Shown piece after piece: positions 1-11,157 of a stretch of 64,000 nt of DNA. The stretch is from positions 6,645 through 70,644 of the forward strand of contig CAWEPI010000008.1 in NCBI GenBank assembly GCA_963810945.1, given 5' to 3'. The stretch comes from an uncultured Actinomycetes bacterium. GTDB lineage: Bacteria; Actinomycetota; UBA4738; HRBIN12. Within the stretch, counting starts at the first letter, position 1, and each line of letters starts with the position of its first letter. A program made the position numbers and the translations under genes. The notes beneath the pieces were generated by a model that saw only the letters and a list, made by a program, of their open reading frames with translations, was not told the DNA's origin and did no database searches.

Positions 1-1120
<1,120 letters not shown>

Positions 1121-1124
<4 letters not shown>

Positions 1125-1695
1125 TGCGTCCTCCTCGTTAGATCATCCCCGTCCGAGCTCACGGTAGCGACGGCCGCAGGCAGGTAGCGACCCCAGTCCG
1201 CGATCAGGAGAGCGCCTGGCCACACTCGCACACCCAGCCGATGCGCCGGGCCGGCACGCCGACCATGAGCCCGTAGGCGGGCACGTCGGTCGCACGACGG
1301 CTCCGGCCGCGACGAAGCGCCCATTCGCCGACTGGTTGAGCCGCAGACGATCGTGGCGTTCGCGCCGATCGTCGCGCCCCGCTTCACGAGCGTCGCTCGG
1401 TAGCCTCGTGCCGTCGGGAACGCGCCCGCGGATTCCTGCACGTTCGTGAAGACCATGCGAGGGTCCGCAGAAGACGCGTCCTCGAGTCGACGCCCTCGTA
1501 GAGGGACACGTTGTTCTGGATCTTGCAGCCCTCGCCGATCATGACGCGTCGGCCACGAACACGTTCTGGCCCAGGCTCACTCCGCCCGACTGCGCGCGCC
1601 GCCCATGACGTGGCGAAGTGCCAAACCTTGGTCCCTTCGCCGATCTCGGCGCCGTCGTCGACGACCGCGGTCGGGTGGACGTAGATCGCTCGCAT
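1121..1695 (-). CDS. Hexapeptide-repeat N-acetyltransferase (WbpD-like), frameshifted
   Basis: IYVHPTAVVDDGAEIGEGTKVWHF, IGEGCKIQNNVSLYEGV, MVFTNV, TLVKRGATIGANATIVCG. Confidence 0.88.
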
Positions 1696-2654
1696 GGAGC
1701 ACGAGTCCAACTCCTTCATCTGCGCAGTCGGCCTGCGCAAGGACCCGGATCACTGCGACCGCGCTCGCGCCATCCGATCGCGGTCGAAGCCGCTGTCGCA
1801 CACAATGGAGGAAATGCTCGAGTTCATGGCGCAGCGGTTGCTTGTCGCCTCGGAACAGCACCTCGTTTCCGTCGTCCTGCAACGAGTCAGGTCAGGAGTT
1901 CACGCCGCGGCGGTGCAGCTGTACGGTCTGGTCGGACTCGTCGTAGACCACCATTGCTTCGGTCCCCACCACGGTGAGGCGTCGACGGAGCTCGGGCCAG
2001 AGCCACGAGTTATGGATGTGGGCTTCGGCGCCTCGGGAACTGCATGTGCAGATGCATGTCGTCCTGGACGCCGGGTTGGATGATGGCCTGGCCCCAGGTG
2101 GCCGTTCGATCGGCCTTGCCCGGTGAGATACAGGATGGCGGCCACGTCGTGCACACCGAGGCTCCAAAGACTGTTCTCGACCGTGCGCACCGTGCCCAGG
2201 TTCAGCCGGTCCTGATAGAGGCTGGCCACCCAGCCGATCCGCCCTCCGGTCAAGAAGTCGCGCATCCAAACCAGGCGGGTTGGTACAGCAGCAGATGACC
2301 AACCATCAGGATGCGGTCGGCCGTCTCCGCCTCCTTCACCACGCGCTCGGCGTCCGCCACGGTCATCGTGAAGGGCTTCTCGACGAACACGTGCTTGCCG
2401 GCCTGCAACGCCTCTGACGGCGAGATCGGCGTGAGTGCGGCCGGTGTGGCGATCACACCGCGTCGATTTCGGGGCATCGAGCAGCCCAAGAGGCATCCTT
2501 CACCATCAGCCCGGGGTATTGCTCGGCCAGTTGGACCCGGGACATGCGGGTTCGGGTCGGCCACGGCCGCCAGCACACCGAGCTCGTCAAGGTTCCTCAC
2601 CAGGTTGCGACCCCAGCGCCCGGCGCCTAACACCGCCATACGCAGGTCGTTCAC
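1690..2654 (-). CDS. Gfo/Idh/MocA NAD-dependent oxidoreductase (WbpB-like), frameshifted
   Basis: MAVLGAGRWGRNLVRN, ALQAGKHVFVEKP, LMVGHLLLYQP, RLNLGTVRTVENSLWSLGVHD, QPLRHELEHFLHCV; 3' end approximate. Confidence 0.85.
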
Positions 2655-2861
2655 CTAGGCTCTGCCTTCCCTCTCGCCGGCCCGGTCTGGATGCCAGGAC
2701 AACCAGAGTACGAGGCTATGCGTGTAGGCGCCTCGGCTATTCCCGGACCTGCGGTGGGTTTGCCGGGGATCGTCCGAGTCGCCCCCCTACAGCACACGCC
2801 GTATCCTGTGCGAGTCAGGTTCGCTCATGATGCAATCGATGAAGAGGATGGCCCCACCTCC

Positions 2862-4793
2862 ATGACCCATATCAACCGTGAGGGTCGGGCTCGACTCCGG
2901 CTCAAGGTGGCCCTCGACGTGGGGCTGTGGGCCATCGCTGGCGTGCTGGCGTTCCCACTGCGCATCCCGGCTGGTTGGATCGGGCAAGCCGACCTGGTGC
3001 GGGGTGTGGCACTGGCGACTGTGCCCGTTGCATTGGTTCTCGTGCTGGCGTTCGGGCTACAGCGACAGGTCTGGCGGCGCGTTACGGTTGAAGATCTGGA
3101 GAGGATCGTTGCCGCCGTGGCCATCGGTACTGGTCTGCTCTTCTTCCTGGGCCTCTGGTGGCACAACAACGATCCGCGGTTCCCTCGCGCGGTCCCCCTG
3201 ATCCAGGGCATGCTGGCGCTGCTCCTCCTAGCCGGGATGCGCGCGTCTATCCGTCTGGTTGTCGAGCGACGAACCCGCAGGGATGCGGTGGAAACCAACG
3301 GTGGCCCACACCACGTGTTGCTCGTAGGGGCAGGAAGTGCCGGAACGCGTATCGGCCGTGAGATCCAGCGGCATCCGGAAGCCGGCATGGAACTGGTCGG
3401 GTTCCTCGATGACGATCCGGCCAAGACGCGCCTGTCTATAGCAGGAAGGCACGTGTTAGGCCGCTTGGAGGACCTGCCAGACGTGGGAGCCGGGATGGGT
3501 GTTGACGAGATCCTCATCACGATGCCCGCCGCATCAGGAAGCAGTACACGTCGCGTGGTTGAGTTGGCACGCCAAGCTGGGATCGCCTGCAGGATCCTGC
3601 CTGGTGTCACGCAGGTCCTCTCCGGCGACGCCCAACTGGCCGGGATCCGCAAGGTCGAGGTCGAGGATCTTCTTCGACGGGAGCCAGTGGAGTTGGAGCT
3701 GCCCGTAGAGTCGTACGTGCAAGGCGGGATCGTGCTGGTCACGGGTGCCGGAGGCTCGATCGGCGCCGAGTTGGTTCGTCAGGTAGCTCGCCTCGAGCCG
3801 GGCGCGGTGATCCTGTACGACCACGCGGAGAACACCCTCTACGATCTCCAACTCGAGCTTCGGGAGAGCCTTCCCTCGCTAGACTTCCGAGTCGTGGTGG
3901 GTGATGTCCGCGATCGCATCAAGGTCGACGCAACCATCGGCACCTACCGACCCACAGTGGTCTTCCATGCAGCAGCGCACAAGCACGTCCCCTTGATGGA
4001 GGGCGATCCGGACGAGGCCATCCTGAACAACGTGGCCGGCACAAGGAACATAGCCGAGGCCGCGCTCGACGCCGGCGTGTCGCGATTCGTGAACGTATCC
4101 ACCGATAAGGCGGTTAGTCCGGCCTCCATGTTGGGAGTCACCAAGGGCCTCGCGGAGCGCGTCGTGCGCATGGTCGGCGCCCGCGCCACGGGAGAGCAGA
4201 CCTTCGTGTCAGTGCGTTTCGGCAACGTCCTAGGAAGCCGAGGTTCGGTTGTACCCGTGTTCCAAGAGCAGATCCGCCGCGGGGGACCTGTTCGGGTCAC
4301 CGATCCCGAAATGACGCGCTACTTCATGACCGTGCCTGAGGCCGCCCGCCTAGTGATCCAAGCAGGAGCCTTGGCCGTCAACGGCGCTGTCTACGTGTTG
4401 GACATGGGGACGCCGGTGCGGATCGTGGACCTCGCCCGCGACATGATCCACTTGGCCGGGGCCGACGACGGAGGCATCCGCATCGAGTTCACCGGCCTGC
4501 GCCCCGGCGAGAAGATGCACGAGGAACTCTTCACAGACGACGAGGAGCTGGGCAGCCACCCACACGAGCAGATCATGGTCGTCCACCACGAACCTTCGTT
4601 GGACGCCGGGTTCACGACGTGTATCGATGAACTGATCGAGGCAGCCGAGCGACGAGACTGGCAAGGGATCCACCGGCACATCACGAGCCTGGTTCCCTCG
4701 TTCGAATCGAATCGCCTCTGGACACCGGCGATCGATGAGCCACGCGTAGAGTGGGGCTCTTCCCCGAGGAGCTCGTATGAGCGTGCAGCCTGA
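2862..4793 (+). CDS. Membrane-bound UDP-GlcNAc 4,6-dehydratase (CapD/WbpM/PglF family)
   Basis: Four N-terminal hydrophobic segments; LLVGAGSAG; VTGAGGSIG; HAAAHKHVPLME; STDKAV; VRFGNVLGSRGSV; MTRYFMT; GLRPGEKMHEEL. Confidence 0.93.
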   Translation: MTHINREGRARLRLKVALDVGLWAIAGVLAFPLRIPAGWIGQADLVRGVALATVPVALVLVLAFGLQRQVWRRVTVEDLERIVAAVAIGTGLLFFLGLWWHNNDPRFPRAVPLIQGMLALLLLAGMRASIRLVVERRTRRDAVETNGGPHHVLLVGAGSAGTRIGREIQRHPEAGMELVGFLDDDPAKTRLSIAGRHVLGRLEDLPDVGAGMGVDEILITMPAASGSSTRRVVELARQAGIACRILPGVTQVLSGDAQLAGIRKVEVEDLLRREPVELELPVESYVQGGIVLVTGAGGSIGAELVRQVARLEPGAVILYDHAENTLYDLQLELRESLPSLDFRVVVGDVRDRIKVDATIGTYRPTVVFHAAAHKHVPLMEGDPDEAILNNVAGTRNIAEAALDAGVSRFVNVSTDKAVSPASMLGVTKGLAERVVRMVGARATGEQTFVSVRFGNVLGSRGSVVPVFQEQIRRGGPVRVTDPEMTRYFMTVPEAARLVIQAGALAVNGAVYVLDMGTPVRIVDLARDMIHLAGADDGGIRIEFTGLRPGEKMHEELFTDDEELGSHPHEQIMVVHHEPSLDAGFTTCIDELIEAAERRDWQGIHRHITSLVPSFESNRLWTPAIDEPRVEWGSSPRSSYERAA

Positions 4794-6479
4794 CCCAGCG
4801 CCACAAGTCATCGATCTGCGTGCCTTCGTGGACGTGCTTCGGCGCCGCAAATGGACCGTGGCGTTCGTGACCATCCTCGTGATTGGCTTGGCGCTAGGCT
4901 TCATCTACGTGCGCACCCCCGTCTACACCTCCACCAGCAGAGTGGAGGTCCGCCCGCTCACGACCGACGCCTTACTCACGGGGTTGAGCGCTGACACGTA
5001 CGTCAACATGGATACCGAGGCCGCGCGGGTCGTTTCGGAACCGGTCGCAGCGATCGCGGCGCCGATGATAGGTGCTGCACCGAACTCAGGAGTAACGGCC
5101 GACGTCAGCGTCGCGGTACCCACCAGCACCACGTATCTAGACATATCCTGCACGAAGCTGACACCGGAGCAAGCACTCGCTTGTGCAACCGCGTTCGCGA
5201 ACGCCTACGTCAAGGTTCGCGTGGACACCGCCAAGGGCACGTATGACGAGGCCATCGGAGTAGAGCAGAAGAAGATCGACACAGCCCAACAGAGATCGAC
5301 ACCTACCGTGCTCAACTCGCGACGGCAGGGCCGGCCGAGAAGGCGGACCTCCAGGGCAAGATCGACGGGCTCAATACGCTCATCGGCATCGAAGAACAGA
5401 AGAAGTCGGACGTGCCCACGCCCGAATCCAAACGCGGCAGTCGACGACGGTGGCAGCGACGCTCCCATCCCATCCCTCCAACAAGGACTACATCACGACT
5501 GGCCTGATCGCTGGGATCCTCGGGCTTGCGCTCGGGGTCGGGATCGCCTTCGTGCGCGAGAGGATGGACGAGCGCATCGCGGGACGGGAACGTGGAGACC
5601 GCGCTCGGGGCACCGGTGTTGGCGGTGGTCCCCCATATCCGCGGCTGGCGGAAGAGGAAGGAACCTCGCCTGGTGACGGCTACCGCCCCCACGGGTCCCG
5701 CTTCCGAGTCATACAGGGCCGCAAGGACCTCGCTCAAATACCTCGCTACCAAGGGGGACATGAAGGTGATCGCGGTCACGGGCCCCGGCCAAGATGAAGG
5801 GAAGCCACCACCACGGCGAACTTGGCCGTCGTCCTGGGCAAGAAGTGGCCGACTCGTCTTGGCCATCTCGTGCGACCTGCGCAAGCCACGGCTGCATCAG
5901 TTCTTCGGTTTGGACAACCAGCCGGGTCTGTCGGACGTGTTGATGGGGAGGGCGTCGTTGAAATCGGCGACCAAGCGGACGGAGATAGCCAACCTGTGGG
6001 TACTGGCGAGCGGATCCCTGCCTGAAGATCCTGCTGAGCTACTGAGTTCGGACCTGATGGGTGCCGTCCTCGATGAGATGCGGGAGCACTTCGACTTCAT
6101 CCTGTTGGACACCGCCCCCGCGCTGGTCGTCGCGGACGCGAACGCGCTGGCCCAACGTGCTGACGGTGTCCTGGTTGTGGCTGACGCTGCGAAGACCACG
6201 CCTCAGGCCGTCGCTCACGTCCGCCGCGAATTCGAACGCGTTGGGGCCCGGATCGTCGGCGGCGTGCTCAACAACCTCAACCCGAAACGCGCCAAGCGCT
6301 ATTCGTCCGACTATCGCGGGTACTACGTCGACTTCACCAGCTACGAGGTGAGCCCCGATCCAACTGAGCACAAGGGGAACGGACATCCGTACCGGCCATC
6401 GGTACCGAATCCGCCCGAGATCGGACCAGGCTGTCCAGCCTCATCAGGAGGTACCTCCACCACCCGGTGCATCCGATAG
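4777..6479 (+). CDS. Wzc-like polysaccharide co-polymerase / tyrosine autokinase, frameshifted
   Basis: IDLRAFVDVLRRRKWTV plus TM and TPVYTSTSRV (Wzz N-terminus); second TM GLIAGILGLALGVGIAF; SESYRAARTSL; split Walker A (GPGQDEGK/TTTANLA); CDLRKPRLH; DFILLDTAP; Tyr-rich tail YSSDYRGYY. Confidence 0.88.
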
Positions 6480-6591
6480 CTGGCCCTAGCTCGTTACCGA
6501 TGCTTAGCACCTCCATCCGTTGGGTAGCATGTGGCAGGGCTGGAAGGGCCCAGTCGTCACGATCCGTCGAGTTGAGCAGTAGGGAATACCG

Positions 6592-7909
6592 TTGTCGTTC
6601 TCATCCCCCCAAGAGACCCTCATCGCGCGTATCACCATGCGCCGAGCGGTCTCGGCAATCATCGGCCAGGGCTACGTCGGCCTGACGCTGGCTCGGCCGC
6701 TGCCGAGGCCGGATTCCGCGCCATCGGCATCGACGTGGACCGTCCGCGTGTCGACTCACCTCGCGCGCGGCGAACTGGTCTCGGGCGTGGATCCGAGGGT
6801 CTTCGGTGCGGCGTAAGGAGCGGCAACCTTCGTTCTCGATGCCGGCCGAGCCGGTCGCCGACGCGGACCTGATCTTCATCTGCGTGCCGACGCCGCTGCG
6901 CGACGGGGCGCCCGACCTGAGTCACGTGGAGGCCGCGGCCGGCAGCGTGGCCGCGCACCTGCGGCCGGGCGCGTTGGTGGTCCTGGAGTCCACCACCTAC
7001 CCGGGGACCACCGACGGATCTCCTCTGCCCGATCCTCGAGGCCGGCTCCGGCCTCGCGCGCCGGCGAGGACTTCCTGCTCGGCCTTCTCGCCCGAGCGGA
7101 TCGACCCCGGGAACCGCGAGTACGGCATGCGCAACACGCCCACGCGTGGTGGGCGGGACGACGCCGGCCGCCACCCAGGCCGCGGTCGCCTTCTACGCCC
7201 AGCTCGTGGACAAGGTGGTGCCGGTGTCTTCGGCGCGCGCCGCCGAGACCACGAAGCTGCTGGAGAACACGTTCCGCCACGTGAACATCGCGCTCGTGAA
7301 CGAGCTGGCCATGCTCACCCACGACATGGGCATCGACGTCTGGGAGGTAATCGACGCCGCCGCCACCAAGCCGTTCGGCTTCATGCCCTTCTACCCGGGG
7401 CCGGGCATCGGTGGGCACTGCATCCCGCTTGGACCCGACCTACCTCTCGTGGCAGGCGCACCGCGAGACCGGCCGGCGGTTCGCGGTGCTGGAGCAGTCC
7501 CAGGACGTGAACGAGAACATGCCCGCCTACGTCGCCGCGCGCGTCGCCGAGCTCCTGAATGTCTCCGGGCGCGCCGTGAAGGAGCACGGATCCTGGCGCT
7601 GGGGGTCTCCTACAAGCCGGACGTCGGCGACACCCGGGAATCTCCCGCCCTGCAGACCATGCAGGCGCTCCACAAGCGGGGCGCCGACGTGTGCTTCCAC
7701 GACTTCTACGTGGACGAGGTGCCGCTGGACGGTGGGTGGCGAGGTGCGTCGAGGACCTTGATGCGGAGCTCGCCGCCGCCGACTTGGTGCTCCTGCTCAC
7801 GGCGCACACGGCCTACGACCTCGAGACGATCGCGGATCGCGCCCGGATGGTGTTCGACACCCGCAACGCCTGGGGCCAGGTTCGCAAGCCTAACGTGGTC
7901 CTGCTCTAA
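6592..7909 (+). CDS. UDP-N-acetylhexosamine 6-dehydrogenase (WbpA/WecC-like), frameshifted
   Basis: IIGQGYVGLTLA; LIFICVPTPL; VVLESTTYPGTT; FSPERIDPG; AETTKLLENTFRHVNIALVNEL; GPGIGGHCIP; ILALGVSYKPDVGDTRESP; VFDTRNA. Confidence 0.9.
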
Positions 7910-7979
7910 GCGGACTCCGACGTCTTCCACACCCGCTCTGGAGCAGGTCAAGCCCGTTCGGCCTGTGAATCGGCCCGGG

Positions 7980-8420
7980 CTAGCCAGCTGTCGACGTTTG
8001 GTCCCGCGATGCCGACGAGCGCCAGCGGACGAGGGTGTGGACCCCCAGCCCGAGCGCGGCCCCGACGAAGTCCGCCAAGAAGTCGTCGAAGTGCGCGTTG
8101 CGCGTGGGCGTCATGCCCTGCAGGATCTCGATCACCCCGCCCGCGGCGACGGCCGCGACCGGGAGCCAGTAGCCGGCGCGGGGGAAGCGTCCCGGGCCGC
8201 GGCCGGGGCGCCAGACCGCGGCGAACAGGAAGCTCAGCGTGGTGGCGAAGTACGCGATGGCGTGCCCGACCTTGTCGGCGCCGTGGAACGCGTGGACGCC
8301 CGGGAACTCCGCGCCGAAGCTGAACCACACGGTGGTGAGCGCGCACCCGGCGGCGATGCACCACAGGGCGAGGTCCACCATCCGGTCGTGCCCGGGCTCG
8401 AGCGTGCCTGCGTGATTCAT
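7980..8420 (-). CDS. VanZ-like membrane protein
   Basis: ADKVGHAIAYF ... EILQGMTPTRNAHFDDFLADFVG, matching the VanZ pattern DK-x-x-H...E-x-x-Q...R...D-x-x-A-[DN]. Confidence 0.75.
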   Translation of the reverse strand: MNHAGTLEPGHDRMVDLALWCIAAGCALTTVWFSFGAEFPGVHAFHGADKVGHAIAYFATTLSFLFAAVWRPGRGPGRFPRAGYWLPVAAVAAGGVIEILQGMTPTRNAHFDDFLADFVGAALGLGVHTLVRWRSSASRDQTSTAG

Positions 8421-8468
8421 CCGGCAGCAACCCTAGTCGGTGCGCGCGGAGGAGTGGGCCGCGTCGGT

Positions 8469-8888
8469 CTACGCGGCATCGGGACGCGGCGGGGTCGGGT
8501 CCCAGGCGGGCGTGTCGGCCGCCGGTTCGGGCGGCAGGGGTTCGCTCGGCTCGGAGGTGGGAGACGGGCGAGGAACCGGCATCGCATCGGCACCGGGGAC
8601 GAACGTCATCTCGTGGGTCCCCGTCCCCACCTTGCGGACGGTCTGCAGCAACCAACCCCGCCTCCGGTGCACGTCGATCGCCGACTGACGGCCCATCCCC
8701 TTCGCGGGGGTCACGAGGGTGTGGGACGGCGCCGTCCAGTCGAAGCGCTCGTCGTTCCACGCATCCCGGAGCTGCTTGCGGCCCGCCCTGTCGCGCATCC
8801 AGTAGTTCGTGCCGCTCTCTTTGCTGCGTGGGTCCGGCACATCCTTCATGCCGGCCGAGCCGGCCCGGATCGTCCCGTCACTCGCCAT
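8469..8888 (-). CDS. Hypothetical protein with Pro-rich C-terminal tail
   Basis: 139-aa ORF with a protein-like globular part (TNYWMRDRAGRKQLRDAWNDERFDW) and no recognised family; fills the intergenic gap. Confidence 0.5.
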   Translation of the reverse strand: MASDGTIRAGSAGMKDVPDPRSKESGTNYWMRDRAGRKQLRDAWNDERFDWTAPSHTLVTPAKGMGRQSAIDVHRRRGWLLQTVRKVGTGTHEMTFVPGADAMPVPRPSPTSEPSEPLPPEPAADTPAWDPTPPRPDAA

Positions 8889-9016
8889 CGTTCCGAGGCC
8901 CCGGTCCTTCAGATCTCATCGTCGAGCCATGGCAGGCGGGCAGGGACGCGAGCCTGGCTCCCGCGAGGGACCGTGGGAACCCCCGGTAGTCAGCCGTCAG
9001 TGTGGTGGGGAACACG

Positions 9017-9111
9017 CTGCGCGCCCTGCCCGACTATCCGGAAGGATGCGCCCCACCTCCAGCGGTGCACATCCGCCGTTCGCATGACGAAACGACCCTC
9101 AGACGTCGGAG
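9017..9111 (+). repeat. Conserved intergenic element, copy 1
   Basis: 9022-9053 is identical (32 nt) to the reverse complement of 44455-44486; 9074-9091 is identical (18 nt) to the reverse complement of 44418-44435. Confidence 0.85.
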
Positions 9112-9141
9112 GCGGGTTTCCCGCGCGGATCACCACGATGA

Positions 9142-9170
9142 GGGCCGGGGCCGCTTCGCGGCCCCGGCCC
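9142..9170. terminator. GC-rich hairpin 3' of the Calx-beta gene
   Basis: Perfect 13-bp stem GGGCCGGGGCCGC / GCGGCCCCGGCCC; no clear U-tract. Confidence 0.55.
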
Positions 9171-9203
9171 GATGGTTCCTCCTCCCGGATACGTCTCGTG
9201 CGA

Positions 9204-10290
9204 TCACCCGAAGTTACGGATCACGCACACCGCGGTCGGGTCGCCGAGCGTCGCGCCCTTCGGGCTGAACAGGTGCAGGAAGAACGTCTGGTTCGGCTCG
9301 CGGACGGAGTCCCCCATGATCTTGACGTGGACCAGCTTGTGACCGCGTCCGGCCGGGATGGTGAGCGTCCCCGACGTCGCGACGTAGTCACGCCCGGCCT
9401 TGGCGGAGCCGTTGGCCGTCGCGAAGCGCACCGTGACGTCCTTCCCGCTCACCACGGAGAGGTAGACACGGAACTGCACCAGCAGGGTGCCCTTGCGGGG
9501 CTCCCGGATGCTGGTGTCCGCCACGTTGACCGTCGGCGGTGGGTCGTTGTCGGTGATCACGCCCTGGACCGTCGTCACGGGCACCGTGGAGTGCAGCGGG
9601 TTCGACAGCGTGATCGAGAACGACTCGCTGTTCTCGTCGACGAGATCGCCGATCACCTGCACGATGACGGTCTGCGGGGTCGCGTCTCCCGACGCCCACG
9701 TCAGGGTCCCGGGAGCGACGGCCTGGAAGTCCACGCCCCCCACCGCCGTACCGCCGAGTACCGCGTAGTCCACCGACATCCCCTCGGTGCTCGCGGCCGA
9801 CGGGGTCACCGTGAAGCTCAGCGGCGTGGTGCCGACGTCACCCTCGGTCACCGTCGCGCCCGTGAGCGTCAGGTGCGGTCGAGCCTTCACCGTCAGTGTC
9901 ACGTTGTCGGTCCCGGCGGACGTGTTGAGGAGTGCGTCCTCACCGCGCACCGACAGGACGTAGTCGCCCGTCGGCGACGGGGCCAGGAACGTGACCTCGA
10001 CGTCCTCGGTTACCTCGTTGAACGCACCGTCCACCGCCAGCATGTCCACCCACGCCCCGGTGCCGATCCGGTACTGGGCCGACGCGATCAGCGAGGCGCC
10101 GGTGGTGCGTGTCGTCGACCGTCGCCGTCAGGTGCACGTGGCCCGGCAGGTTGACGGGGTTCGGCGTGGCGAGCACGGCGCTCACCAGCGGCGCCTGCCC
10201 GTCGACCGCATGCGCAGCGGTCATCGGCAACAGCGCCATCACGAGCGCGGCGGCCGACGCCACCACCGCACCCCTCCCGAGTGCTCTCAT
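9204..10290 (-). CDS. Secreted Calx-beta domain protein, frameshifted near 10000-10050
   Basis: Signal peptide MRALGRGAVVASAAALVMALLPMTAAHA; two Calx-beta repeats (ATVTEGDVG...VDYAVLGGTAVGGVDF...GDLVDENSESFSITL; VRFATANGSAKAGRDY...GDSVREPNQTFFLHL). Confidence 0.85.
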
Positions 10291-10474
10291 GGAGCACCTC
10301 CTTCGACATCAGAGGGCCCCTCAGGCCATGGGACGGTTCCCCTTCCCGCCGTGACGGTTGCCCTTCCGTGCCATCAGCCAGCATGTCTCCACGGCAACCC
10401 GTTCGATCCGGGAGGGAGGTCCCGGTGGAGTCGGGCCCGGACGCGACCGGGACCGCTCCGCCGGTGACCCGAGG

Positions 10475-11056
10475 TCAGGCGGACGGTGAGGGGCTGCCCG
10501 AGCCGGGGCCCTGCGGCCCCGGCGTGATGGGGGTCGCGCCCAGACGGTCCGCCAGCGACGGATCGAGCGCGAGCGCCTTGTTGATCAGGTCGTCGGCCTT
10601 CGCGGACTGGCCCGACCCGCGATACAGGAGGCCCAGGTTGAGGTAGGCGGCCGCCGTGTTGGGCTCGAGCGCGATCACCCGGCGGTAGAGATCCATCGCC
10701 TCCTGCGTGGCGCCCACCCCCGTGCGCACGATGGCGAGGTTGAAGAGCGCCGGCACGAAGTTGGGGTCGGCGTCGAGCGCGGCACGGTAGTACCCCTCGG
10801 CGACCTCGGATCGGCCGTCGTGCTGCTCGATCACGCCGAGGTTGTAGTTGGCGTACTTGTCGCCGGGCCGCGCGTCGAGCACCTGCTGGTACAGGCTGGC
10901 GGCCGCCTCGAGGTTCCCCGCCTGCTGCTGCGCGAGCCCCTGCTTCAACGCCTGATCGGGGTCGACGTCCTTGCTGCAGGCGGCCAGGGCGAGCGCCGCC
11001 GCGGCCACGACGACGAGCCAACGCGCGGTGCCTCGGAGGGGGGACCGTTGCTGCAT
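10475..11056 (-). CDS. TPR-repeat lipoprotein
   Basis: Lipobox LALAAC after a hydrophobic stretch; TPR motifs YANYNLG, ALFNLA, AYLNLG, ALALDP. Confidence 0.88.
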   Translation of the reverse strand: MQQRSPLRGTARWLVVVAAAALALAACSKDVDPDQALKQGLAQQQAGNLEAAASLYQQVLDARPGDKYANYNLGVIEQHDGRSEVAEGYYRAALDADPNFVPALFNLAIVRTGVGATQEAMDLYRRVIALEPNTAAAYLNLGLLYRGSGQSAKADDLINKALALDPSLADRLGATPITPGPQGPGSGSPSPSA

Positions 11057-11105
11057 CGTCGAGATGCTACCCGGGAGCCGACCGAGGAACGTGGAGGAGA
11101 CACGA

Positions 11106-11131
11106 AGAGGCGGCCCCGAAGGGCCGCCTCT
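11106..11131 (-). terminator. Stem-loop downstream of the collagen-like gene
   Basis: 11-bp stem AGAGGCGGCCC / GGGCCGCCTCT with a C(UUCG)G loop on the minus strand. Confidence 0.65.
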
Positions 11132-11157
11132 CGAGCATCCGAACCGGCTCCGATCCG

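Noticed and set aside
9017-9111. Element as SRP RNA, SAM-IV, c-di-AMP or c-di-GMP riboswitch, or group II intron domain V
   Set aside because: Only short words match (UCCGGAAGGA; GCCCGACUAUCCGG). The other conserved blocks of those families are missing or out of order, and the element is not consistently 5' of a gene
9002-9268. Small ORFs sharing ALPDYPEGCA (9002-9268 + and 44312-44527 -)
   Set aside because: The identity comes from the nucleotide block; frames diverge after a 1-nt spacer difference, so there is no protein-level conservation
7146-10154. 1002-aa ORF and other long shadow ORFs (21370-24831, 19453-21228, 29729-31030, 40192-41820, 49992-51956, 61092-62675)
   Set aside because: Antisense or off-frame read-throughs of real genes, typical of high-GC DNA. 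Only the first ~95 aa of 7146-10154 belong to the dehydrogenase
10300-10400. c-di-GMP riboswitch in the Calx-beta leader
   Set aside because: A GGTTGCC/GGCAACC stem is present, but the GACGCAAAGC (class I) and class II core motifs are absent
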